Origin: a virus
Lineage: Duplodnaviria > Caudoviricetes
Length of the DNA stretch: 37,976 bases
Virus record (IMG/VR): IMGVR_UViG_3300043932_000064
Coordinates: 1 to 37,976 of that record
Direction: 5' to 3' (one strand)
Under the pieces are notes generated by a model. It did not search any database, was not told the DNA's origin, and saw only the letters and a list, made by a program, of their open reading frames with translations. A program made the translations under genes and the position numbers. Positions 17,324 through 25,265 of the stretch are shown here, piece by piece. Within the stretch, counting starts at the first letter, position 1. Every line of letters starts with the position of its first letter.

Positions 17324-17950
17324 CTATGACCAAAAATCAGATTTCTTATTTGCTTTGGTGCGTTCATTAGCTCTATCCGCTAACCGTGCCCCTACCGTGG
17401 AAGCAGCACCACTTGAAGCACCACCAGGCGCACCAAATGACTTAGCCAACTTAATTTGGACCTGATCATCCACTGCCTTTTTAAACGCTTTAGACACTTT
17501 CTCATATTGATCTTCAAGCGAGTCGGTATCATCAAGTTTGAACACATCGACAAGTGAAGCTTGAAGGCCGTCGGATGCTAAGCGATTAGCCACATTGGCA
17601 CGATTTTCTCTAATGGTCACATCTGCCAGGCGCTTGTCCAACTCTTTTTGCTTTTGATTGTAATCAAACTCTTTCTTTTCGGAGTCTGACATATCATCAT
17701 AGGCTTTTTGCTGGTTCTGCTCTTGCTCCCATTTGGCCCTTGCTTTGGTTAGTGCCTTTTCATAGCGCTTGTCAAAGTTAGAGTCAAACCATGAATTGAA
17801 TTCTTTCTCAGTTTGGAATACTTTGAAAAGCTTACCTTCTGTTGTCTGCTCATTAGAAGATGGTTCAGCGACATTGCTAGGTGATGTGCCTTCATTATCT
17901 TCTGCTGCAAAGAATTGCAAATTGAATCTAAATTGGTTGTTCTTAATCAT
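17324..17950 (-). CDS. Capsid scaffolding protein (DUF4355-like)
   Basis: N-terminal NLQFFA, charged coiled coil, position upstream of capsid genes. Confidence 0.85.
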   Translation of the reverse strand: MIKNNQFRFNLQFFAAEDNEGTSPSNVAEPSSNEQTTEGKLFKVFQTEKEFNSWFDSNFDKRYEKALTKARAKWEQEQNQQKAYDDMSDSEKKEFDYNQKQKELDKRLADVTIRENRANVANRLASDGLQASLVDVFKLDDTDSLEDQYEKVSKAFKKAVDDQVQIKLAKSFGAPGGASSGAASTVGARLADRANERTKANKKSDFWS

Positions 17951-18001
17951 TTTTCGTCCTTCTGTTTAAAACCCACGCACATAGTCGTTTTAAAGCATAG
18001 A

Positions 18002-18118
18002 AAAACAGAGCTCATACACGGCTATCGCCTCATACACGCTCTGTTTTATATTATTGCTTTAACTATCCACGTACGAAAATGCATTGGATACGAGCCTTTT
18101 AATGACTTGCTCAGGTCA
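18002..18118 (-). promoter_or_regulatory. Structured leader of the scaffold/capsid genes
   Basis: Possible H-type pseudoknot TGAC-CTGAGCAA-GTCA..GCTC (18118-18092) and a 10-bp stem enclosing two CGTGTATGAG repeats (18002-18047). Confidence 0.5.
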
Positions 18119-18205
18119 AAGCTTCAAAATTATTTTAATTAGCAGCACAATCACAAGAATTAAGATGAAATCAATTAAACATCCGCATCCCATATAGTTG
18201 TCCAT
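18116..18205 (-). CDS. 29-aa hydrophobic peptide
   Basis: AAGGAG RBS; reads MDNYMGCGCLIDFILILVIVLLIKIILKL*. Confidence 0.6.
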   Translation of the reverse strand: MDNYMGCGCLIDFILILVIVLLIKIILKL

Positions 18206-18231
18206 ACGCGCTCCTTACTTAAAATTAGTGT

Positions 18232-18267
18232 AAACAAAAAGCGATCAGTTTTACGCTAATCGCTTTT
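18232..18267 (-). terminator. Terminator after the MuF gene and its small partner
   Basis: AAAAGCGATTAG-CGTAAAA-CTGATCGCTTTT followed by TGTTT on the minus strand. Confidence 0.65.
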
Positions 18268-18282
18268 CTAGATGTTGAAAAA

Positions 18283-18450
18283 TTATTTTCTTCCAGATTT
18301 CTTTTTCTTTATTCTTTCGTCAATAGCTTTCAGAACACGTTCTGTTTGCTTTTCGTCTTCTTCAGTAACTTGACTATAATCAAATTCAACACCATTAGTT
18401 GGTGCTTCCCGCCACCGCCGATCAGAATACGGCTTTTTATTTTGGCTCAT
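18283..18450 (-). CDS. 55-aa protein, candidate immunity partner of the MuF ADP-ribosyltransferase
   Basis: GGAGG RBS, overlaps the MuF stop; reads MSQNKKPYSDRRWREAPTNG...KKKSGRK*. Function inferred from position only. Confidence 0.65.
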   Translation of the reverse strand: MSQNKKPYSDRRWREAPTNGVEFDYSQVTEEDEKQTERVLKAIDERIKKKKSGRK

Positions 18451-19951
18451 TTAATTCCCTCCACTTCATCTGTATAATTCCATCGGAATCTTCCCATACA
18501 CTTTCGATTTTAAATCGTGTGTTTCTGCCAAATAAAACTTCTTGTTCTTGATTATTATACAGCGAAATGTCATGGCCGCTTACTGAATTTCTTATTTCAA
18601 CATGAATTTGTTCAGTTCCTTCGCCGTAATGTTCCTTAGAAGTAGAAATATAGCTTTGGTCTTTAAAAATACTGCCTTGCTTGTGTTCTTTTAAAAACTC
18701 TTTTACACCTTCATCTGTCATGAAATAGTCCCTTTGCAGTGGCCGAGTAGATGTATATGTTGGCAGCTTACTTAGAGCGGAATCAAGATCCTTAACCATT
18801 TCTTTATATGAATCTGACAGGCCATTAATTCCATGACTCCTTAGTTCATTATTCAATCTATAAGAATCTGAACTAAGATAACGATTCAAAGCATATTGCT
18901 CTGCATCAGTTAGTTTTGGAACCATAACGGCAACTGACCGACAAAAGGGATGCATTGGCGGAAAATTTTTGCCTGTCTGTGCTTTTACCACTTCTAATAC
19001 TTTTGCATTTAAAGACCGGCATATTTTGCTGGTGCGGTTGTCCAGAACTGCCACATAGCGATAATACTTTACACCTCTGGCTTTCCATCGGTCTATCTTG
19101 GCTTGGTTAGCCAAGTGTGCAGCTTCTGTTCGAATCAATCTCTTAGAATTAAATATTGATGTTTGAAACTCATCAGCTATCTTATTTGCTAAATCCGTTT
19201 CGCTCATTCCGGCTATTTCCTTGGCAGTAAAGAGTTCTCCTAAATGATTTGCCAATTGATCAGTATTATTCCAAATACGTTGAGAATAGTTACGGCCACT
19301 CCACTTGCGATTGGCTACTTTCTCAACATAATCTGCTGGAATTTCTTTTACTTCTTTAATTGGCTGGTCCTTTTGTACCTTAACGTCAGTGACTTTTTCA
19401 CCTTTCGAATTGTTCAAAGAGAGTTCGAATTCTTCACTAACGCTTTTGCCATTATTTGGCAGTTCAAACTCTTTACCAGTTTGATAAGCTATGCCTTCTT
19501 TGTCTGCCTGTTTCCAAGCTTGTTTAACTACTTCAGAATAGAGCTTTAAATTTTCTGCTTTTTCAGTAGCCCCAGCTGCTTTAGCAGAAATATATGCTTT
19601 AAATTTCCACTCATCCAGCCGAGTTATCCGGTTCTTTGCTGCAAGTTGACTAAGATAATCGCGTATAGCTTTCTTGCTTTCTCTGTCTTGAACAGTACTC
19701 GCTAATGACTTCAAAGCTACCATTTCCGAAGCCGAAATGGTGGAATTCAAAATTTTATTTGCGTCATCTTCACTAACCTGGCCATTAAAATAGCGCCGGT
19801 ATATTTGATCAGCTTGATCCATCAAATATATCTGCGCTTCTAGGTAGGCATTATTTATTTTTTTGAGATGCTCAGTTGTTTCGTCATAAGCTTGCTGCTC
19901 ATATTCCAAAGCTCTTAACGTCCAGTAGTCATCAATTTTATTCTTGCTCAT
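18437..19951 (-). CDS. Minor head protein (MuF/SPP1 gp7) with C-terminal ADP-ribosyltransferase domain
   Basis: RLIRTE, LDNRTSKIC and PPMHPFCRS MuF motifs, then Y..LN..LR, R, YISTS and QEQEVLF motifs of R-S-E type ARTs. Confidence 0.88.
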   Translation of the reverse strand: MSKNKIDDYWTLRALEYEQQAYDETTEHLKKINNAYLEAQIYLMDQADQIYRRYFNGQVSEDDANKILNSTISASEMVALKSLASTVQDRESKKAIRDYLSQLAAKNRITRLDEWKFKAYISAKAAGATEKAENLKLYSEVVKQAWKQADKEGIAYQTGKEFELPNNGKSVSEEFELSLNNSKGEKVTDVKVQKDQPIKEVKEIPADYVEKVANRKWSGRNYSQRIWNNTDQLANHLGELFTAKEIAGMSETDLANKIADEFQTSIFNSKRLIRTEAAHLANQAKIDRWKARGVKYYRYVAVLDNRTSKICRSLNAKVLEVVKAQTGKNFPPMHPFCRSVAVMVPKLTDAEQYALNRYLSSDSYRLNNELRSHGINGLSDSYKEMVKDLDSALSKLPTYTSTRPLQRDYFMTDEGVKEFLKEHKQGSIFKDQSYISTSKEHYGEGTEQIHVEIRNSVSGHDISLYNNQEQEVLFGRNTRFKIESVWEDSDGIIQMKWRELNEPK

Positions 19952-20234
19952 AATCGAACTCTAAATTATCTGGATATTGGCCAGCTAGCACTTCCACTGA
20001 ACGGTGAAAAGCTCTGCACAGAACTAGATTATTTTCTGTACGCAATGGAATAGTAATCCTGTCAACCTGGCCGTCTTGTCGCTCTTCAGCATCATTGCAG
20101 TTATAGAGGGTATGTTGCCAGAGCATTGAAAAAGCGGCACATACAATGTCTTGGCCTTTAGGGGCTTGCATTGCGTGTCCGCTTGCTTGAAGAACAACTT
20201 TGTTCTTACTCTTCTTCATTTTTACTTTGATCAT
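19938..20234 (-). CDS. Phage-encoded Prp-family cysteine protease (ribosomal-processing protease homologue)
   Basis: MIKV...SGHA....GQDIVCAAFS...QYPDN with intact His/Cys dyad; ATG at 20234. Confidence 0.88.
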   Translation of the reverse strand: MIKVKMKKSKNKVVLQASGHAMQAPKGQDIVCAAFSMLWQHTLYNCNDAEERQDGQVDRITIPLRTENNLVLCRAFHRSVEVLAGQYPDNLEFDYEQE

Positions 20235-21675
20235 TTTCGGCTGCTCCGTCTCCTTGTCCCTCAATATAATCAGGATTTCCTTGCAACATTGCACTTTGTT
20301 GGCGCTTAATGCTTTCAAAGTTCTGCTGGTTCATCAATTCAATCACTTCTTTAGGATCGTCGATGTCAGGCAGCCAGCTGTAAGTGATTTCTCGCGGAAT
20401 GTGAGAATCCGCTTGGACAATGTTCTGCACTGTCTCAGACAGGTTGGCTGGAATATTAGGTGTGATTTTAATATCACATCCAGAAGCATCACACTGTGAA
20501 GCACCAAAATTTAGAATTGATTGCATGAGATCTAGCCGTTTCCGCAAGCCTTCCACAAAATAGCGGGACTTGGTAGCTAATAAATTAAGCAGCCCAAACA
20601 GTTTGTACTTCATCGCCTCACCAGACGTGTTGCCCATAAACTTTTCGTCATTCATGTTAGGAACAAAACTGGTTTTGTGAATGTCATCTTCAATTGACTT
20701 TGAAAGAAGCTCAAGCTGGCTCTCGTCCAGTGTCTTGGTCAGCCATTCTGCACTAGCCCCTTCATCTTTGCTTGGTGCGTTATTGATAAAGCCGTTCTTA
20801 ATCTGAGCAGTATCTTCTTCGTCAACACCAAAGCCATAAAAAATCAGCAGTGCATCAACGAATGATTCTTTGTCAACCACCCGGTCTGACTGGATGGTGT
20901 TATAAGCATCGATCAGGGAAATTTCTTGTTCAAAGTCGCCCTGGCGCTCTTCGTTATTTCGATACTCGATTACAGGAACATTACCAAAGTAATTGGGCTG
21001 CACTGTTTTTACGCTGGCAGCATCTACATGCTTGCTCATTCTGGTCCGGTAGGTAATAGTTTGAGTCTTGGTATAAACGACCACTAGCCAGCCATTAGGT
21101 GAACCTGCTAAATTATGCTTTTCCTGTGCATAAATCGCAAAAAGCGGCTTGTGTTCAACCGTGTCATCAGTAACCATAATGACGCCACGAGGATCAATAC
21201 ATTCTGCTTTAATTTGAATCAGGCGCGGCTGGCCTTCGCTTTCTACGTCTTCTGTACTTTCAGCCTTTTGTTCCAGATAAAGCACTTCGTAACCAACACC
21301 GAAAACAGATAGATCTTTTTCAAGTTCCGTGTCGTGCTTTTGAATTCCCATTCCGTCCATTTCTTCAAGAATTGGATCGATACTTTTTCCTTTAGCTGCA
21401 ACATACTTGATCGGATTGCCAGTCATGAAACCCACATTCATGTCAGTAATGTACTTTGCATGATTAACCATAACTTTAGCATTTTTAGCTTGAGCACTAC
21501 GCAAAACGCGGTTACCAATAGCCTGTTGGCCATTGTAATAATTGAAAAGCATGTCATATCTCGGCTTTGCTCTGTCCAGCTCATCAAGAGCATGATTGAT
21601 AACATCAAAGCCAGGATCATCTAGTGTGTTGTCTTCTGTATCAAAAAGGCTAGCATCTACTGCCAGTGTTGCCAT
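20206..21675 (-). CDS. Portal protein (SPP1 type)
   Basis: YY.G.Q, N.AKYI.D...GF..GNP, P.IEY.NN and GNTSGEAMKYKL motifs; AGGAGG before ATG 21675. Confidence 0.93.
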   Translation of the reverse strand: MATLAVDASLFDTEDNTLDDPGFDVINHALDELDRAKPRYDMLFNYYNGQQAIGNRVLRSAQAKNAKVMVNHAKYITDMNVGFMTGNPIKYVAAKGKSIDPILEEMDGMGIQKHDTELEKDLSVFGVGYEVLYLEQKAESTEDVESEGQPRLIQIKAECIDPRGVIMVTDDTVEHKPLFAIYAQEKHNLAGSPNGWLVVVYTKTQTITYRTRMSKHVDAASVKTVQPNYFGNVPVIEYRNNEERQGDFEQEISLIDAYNTIQSDRVVDKESFVDALLIFYGFGVDEEDTAQIKNGFINNAPSKDEGASAEWLTKTLDESQLELLSKSIEDDIHKTSFVPNMNDEKFMGNTSGEAMKYKLFGLLNLLATKSRYFVEGLRKRLDLMQSILNFGASQCDASGCDIKITPNIPANLSETVQNIVQADSHIPREITYSWLPDIDDPKEVIELMNQQNFESIKRQQSAMLQGNPDYIEGQGDGAAENDQSKNEEE

Positions 21676-21685
21676 TATCTTCCTC

Positions 21686-22981
21686 CTATCCTCTGAAGTA
21701 GCTTGGCTTAGCTTTAACTCTAACTTTGGCTCTTCGCATAATGTCGTAAAAGGCGTAACGTGTAGCGTCAATAGTATGGTTATTCTTGTCTTCTAGTCTT
21801 GCTTGAGGCTCACCGTTTCTGTCAGTAGCAAAGTCGATATTTTCAAATTCCCAGGCAATGCTTGGCGTTCTAACCGGATCAATTATTATTGCGTCGAGAT
21901 CTTCTAACCATCGTTCACCAAACTCAACGCTGTCTGGCCCTTTCTTTGCAGGTCGTGCTTTAGAAATGCCGTATTCTCTGAGCTCAGCTATAGATTTTGG
22001 CTCAGCAGAGTCACAATAGATCAATTGATATTGGTAGCCATGACCTTTCAACCACTGTGCACATTTTCTATTGCTTACTTGGAGCTTATATAGCTCGTCT
22101 ACTGCGTAAATTGTCCGGTGACGTTCATCGTAAGCCCACCGAACGAAAGCCAGCTGGTCGTTAGCAAAACCAAAGTCAAGGCCATTAACAAACGTGTCCA
22201 TCGTGTCCAGCAAATCATCGGTGACATAGTTCTTGATGATTTTCAGATTGTCAAATGGTTCAACGCCAGAGCCGACTGTTTCACCCATATATTCCCAGCG
22301 GTAACGACGCTCATTTGTCTTTTTAGCTGCCTCTGCTTCGATCTTGAATTCCTTGGCAACAAATGGATTGTCCAAATATGTTGTATGATGGACAACCGTA
22401 TTGTCTGGCAACATAGAAGAATTGTATTTCTTATTTACCCAGCTTTGCTTCCGCTTTGGTGGGTTGTAGCTGTAGAAGAATTTATAATGGCAGCCTTCAG
22501 GAAGCTCACCACGAAGCAATGAGTTAGTAATTGTAGTTACGTCAGATTCTTTCTTAAATTCAGCCAGCTCTTCAATCCACGCAATCGCAAATGGAAAGCG
22601 ACTGTCTTTCAAAGATTTGATTCGTTCCGGATCTTGTGCGCCTCTGAAAGTAATGTAATTTCCTCTGGGCAAATAGGTTAACTGCATCGGGTTTTTGGTT
22701 TGCTTCCATAAGTGACTAACGCCCTGTTCTTCGATTGCCCACTTCAATTGTTCAAAGACTGATAACCGAACCGTGTTCTCGACTGCTCTAATCGCTACTG
22801 CGTTGACAGGTTCTCGCATAAGCAGCTGCACAATTACGTGCGCAATGTCGGAGGACTTGCCAGAGCCACGGCCACCTTTTTCAACAATATTGAGCTTGGA
22901 TGGATCCATAGCTGCACGCCACAAAGAATAAAAAGCTGGCGGAAGAAAATCGCTAATCCTCTTCTGAATGACTTGCATCAT
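21686..22981 (-). CDS. terL: Terminase large subunit (PBSX family)
   Basis: GGRGSGKS Walker A, WIEE Walker B, SYNP, GLDFG and NNHTIDATRYA; GAAGGTG RBS before ATG 22981/22978. Confidence 0.95.
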   Translation of the reverse strand: MMQVIQKRISDFLPPAFYSLWRAAMDPSKLNIVEKGGRGSGKSSDIAHVIVQLLMREPVNAVAIRAVENTVRLSVFEQLKWAIEEQGVSHLWKQTKNPMQLTYLPRGNYITFRGAQDPERIKSLKDSRFPFAIAWIEELAEFKKESDVTTITNSLLRGELPEGCHYKFFYSYNPPKRKQSWVNKKYNSSMLPDNTVVHHTTYLDNPFVAKEFKIEAEAAKKTNERRYRWEYMGETVGSGVEPFDNLKIIKNYVTDDLLDTMDTFVNGLDFGFANDQLAFVRWAYDERHRTIYAVDELYKLQVSNRKCAQWLKGHGYQYQLIYCDSAEPKSIAELREYGISKARPAKKGPDSVEFGERWLEDLDAIIIDPVRTPSIAWEFENIDFATDRNGEPQARLEDKNNHTIDATRYAFYDIMRRAKVRVKAKPSYFRG

Positions 22982-23501
22982 GTTCACCTTCCGAAATGTC
23001 ATCAATAAACTCAATTCTTGAAAGTGCAGCCTCTTCATGTTCTTCCACGCGCTTTGCAGTAGCTTCAGAAATCTGTGCTTCTGCTTCCGCTTTACGGGCC
23101 TCAGCTTGCGTTTTAAGTTCAAGTGCGGCTTGCATCTTAGAAGATACCGGAAACCTCTTTCCAAGCTCTCTGAGGGCCGCTAGGCGGTCGCTGGTACGAG
23201 TTTTTAGAGTAACCACATCGCCATTATTTGCCAATTGCTCTTCGGTTGTCTCCCCTCTCGCAATGGAGGTGAGAGTTTGAAGATATTCAACCGCATCCAT
23301 GATCTTATGAGACTCAATCTCTGCCATCTTTTCATCGATAGCTTTCTTAACCCGATCATTTCGCAACAATCTAGCAGCTAAAGTGCTAGCTGTATTTCCA
23401 TTTTTGGCAGAGTAACCAGCAGACAAATAGGATTGAGTAGCATTTCCAGTTTTCACATATTCAGCTACGAATTTTCTTTGCTTAGCTGTTAATTCATCCA
23501 G
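22953..23501 (-). CDS. terS: Terminase small subunit (probable CTG start)
   Basis: LT.KQ.KF..EY...GNATQ....AGYS...A.RLL motif; AGGAGG 8 nt before CTG 23501. Confidence 0.92.
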   Translation of the reverse strand: MDELTAKQRKFVAEYVKTGNATQSYLSAGYSAKNGNTASTLAARLLRNDRVKKAIDEKMAEIESHKIMDAVEYLQTLTSIARGETTEEQLANNGDVVTLKTRTSDRLAALRELGKRFPVSSKMQAALELKTQAEARKAEAEAQISEATAKRVEEHEEAALSRIEFIDDISEGEHDASHSEED

Positions 23502-23523
23502 AAATGCCACCTCCTTTTTTTGC

Positions 23524-23553
23524 AAAGAAAAAAAGACAGCCGTTAAGCTGTCC
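23524..23553 (-). terminator. Intrinsic terminator between the late leader and terS
   Basis: GACAGC-TTAACG-GCTGTC followed by TTTTTTTCTTT. Confidence 0.75.
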
Positions 23554-23924
23554 GTAAAAGCACCGCCTTGTAAATATTGTACCTTCCGCTGTAGAAGACT
23601 AGTTTTTAATAATAATTCTGGTGCTTTTTATAGCACGTCCAGGAATCGAACCTGGATAATCCAATCGTGCCGGCCATAGCTGAAGGCAATATCCAGCCTG
23701 GCTCTTATTTATTGTTACAAGCTTGTCCGTAGTAACCTACAAACAAGAAAATCTGACAAGTGTTGCATGACCCGTCAGATCATCGCTAATTGTTAATCGG
23801 GATCTACAAACTTGATTTGCAATTAGCATACATGCCTCGCTCTCTCTATGTGTCCCGCATTGGTCCCCGCAGGGATCCCAACACTCTCTAAGTAAAGAAC
23901 ACTGTCAAGGTCATCGCAAGGCTA

Positions 23925-23996
23925 CAGAAACAGTTGGAATCGAACCAACTTCTCAGATTTTGGAGACCTGCATTTTGCCGATTAAACTATGTTTCT
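23925..23996 (-). tRNA. tRNA-Trp (CCA)
   Basis: Acceptor AGAAACA/TGTTTCT, D arm GTTT..AAAT, anticodon arm CAGGT-CTCCAAA-ATCTG, T arm GTTGG-TTCGATT-CCAAC, discriminator G; 3' CCA not encoded. Confidence 0.92.
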
Positions 23997-24705
23997 AAAA
24001 CGCCGTCCCATGGTGACGGCTACGAGAACTTAGACCAGAAGCAGCTGTCTTCCGGCCTTCGTAAGAGACCAGCTCTTTTCAATTGGAACATTCACGGACT
24101 CTGCCGCTGTTTTCCCTGAACCCGCGTATGGCTTAAAGCACTCGCTATACTGAGCACCAGCCAGGGACCGGCTCATAAGGTTGAGCCCTGGAATCGCACC
24201 AGAGCCGCTAGGGAAAGATTGAATACACGGGCGCTTGCCTCAACCTACAAAAATAATGTGAGTAATGTACTTGGACCTAATACTACAAATACTTAAATAT
24301 CGCCTGGAACGCCCAGGCTATGGACCATGTACGAGTCGAACGTAATAGGTCCTATGATAGCTGCAGAGAAGTTTGTCATTGCTTAAAGAAACGCTCATCT
24401 CAAGATGGTGTAAATAACTACTAAGGAGATAATTAATGACAAAGTATAGAGATAACGCACATATAGCGGCTATCAATGCCCAGCCAGGGAGTCGAACCCT
24501 GACCAGATACCAGCTTGATCTGCCAAATGACATTGATGATAAAAGACTGCGGGACCGCCCACAGTTTGAGCACTCGCTCTAAGCTGGCTGCCGGAGTTGA
24601 ACCGGCCAAGGGGCCGTGCCAGCTGACATTGTGTTGTAGTTATAGTTGTAAGTGATTTTTTCCGAATTGGAGGAACATCAATGTGAAAAAGAAAAGCATC
24701 ATCCA

Positions 24706-24745
24706 TCGAAAGCCTAAACTTTCGACACTACCATAGTAGCGCATT
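24706..24745 (-). promoter_or_regulatory. Putative activator-dependent late promoter and 5' hairpin
   Basis: -10-like TACTAT (24738-24733) just after the ArpU stop, no clear -35, followed by hairpin TCGAAAG-TTTAGG-CTTTCGA. Confidence 0.5.
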
Positions 24746-25245
24746 CAAGCTTGCAGTTGGCTAGGTGTTTCCTGGCAGAAAACTGTTAGTTCAGGGAGCT
24801 CTTTAAGTCCAAACGAGTCCTTGGAGAAGTCGTAGTTCTCAGCGAATTCGCATAGTGCATCAACCTTGTGCGGTGCCAAACTGTCCACTTCCCAGCCAAG
24901 GCGCGGGGCTACGATCTTGTCTGGCTTGCGTTCGATATAGCACTCAATAACGATAGTCTTATGAAAGTGGTAGAACTCGCTGTCAACCATCACTCCCACT
25001 GCGTGTTGGATGCAGTCGAAAAGCCGCTCATATAGTTCTCGATCGTTTAAGTGGTTAACTAGACTGATTTCCGTCGCATTTTTTGGCGATCCACTACTCC
25101 CACCAGTCGAAGATGAATAGTCAATGCCGGTTAGATCTGTCAGTGGTCTCCCAGCTCTAGCCATGATGTGCGGTAAATCCTTAATCAGTAGCTCCCTGGC
25201 GTTGGCCGCCGTTGCTACTCGGTCGATAGGTGCAAACAAGCTCAT
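24745..25245 (-). CDS. ArpU-family late transcriptional activator
   Basis: LF..ID...TA.NAR..L N-terminus, I....Y and K..AL.EFAE C-terminus; last gene before the packaging module; AGGAGG before ATG 25245. Confidence 0.8.
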   Translation of the reverse strand: MSLFAPIDRVATAANARELLIKDLPHIMARAGRPLTDLTGIDYSSSTGGSSGSPKNATEISLVNHLNDRELYERLFDCIQHAVGVMVDSEFYHFHKTIVIECYIERKPDKIVAPRLGWEVDSLAPHKVDALCEFAENYDFSKDSFGLKELPELTVFCQETPSQLQA

Positions 25246-25265
25246 TTTTCTCCCTCCTTTCCTGG

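Larger units (their letters stand above)
23524..24727 (-). ncRNA. Large structured late-leader RNA region (tRNA-Trp, tRNA-like elements, long hairpins)
   Basis: About 1.2 kb with no credible minus-strand CDS, five T-loop elements plus a tRNA, many stems, bounded by a promoter-like site and a terminator. Confidence 0.65.

Noticed and set aside
22982-23164. 61-codon N-terminal extension of terL in the ORF track
   Set aside because: Overlaps terS in another frame; a good RBS precedes ATG 22981/22978 and no slippery site supports a fusion.
23771-23782. 12-nt identity CCCGTCAGATCA with the rpmB terminator (124-135), a possible att or sRNA target
   Set aside because: Many 12-mer matches are expected by chance in 38 kb, and the position does not fit an att site.
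23830-23925. Self-cleaving (HDV/theta or hammerhead) ribozyme after tRNA-Trp
   Set aside because: A long stem-loop is present, but I could not identify a catalytic core or nested pseudoknot by eye; needs a covariance-model search.
23632-24624. Calling the five T-loop elements tRNA genes
   Set aside because: They lack canonical D and anticodon arms; only 23925-23996 forms a full cloverleaf.
24318-24706. Minus-strand ORFs of 71 and 77 aa, and plus ORF 23934..24119, in the late leader
   Set aside because: No RBS, they run through RNA structures or the tRNA, and have no protein-like features.
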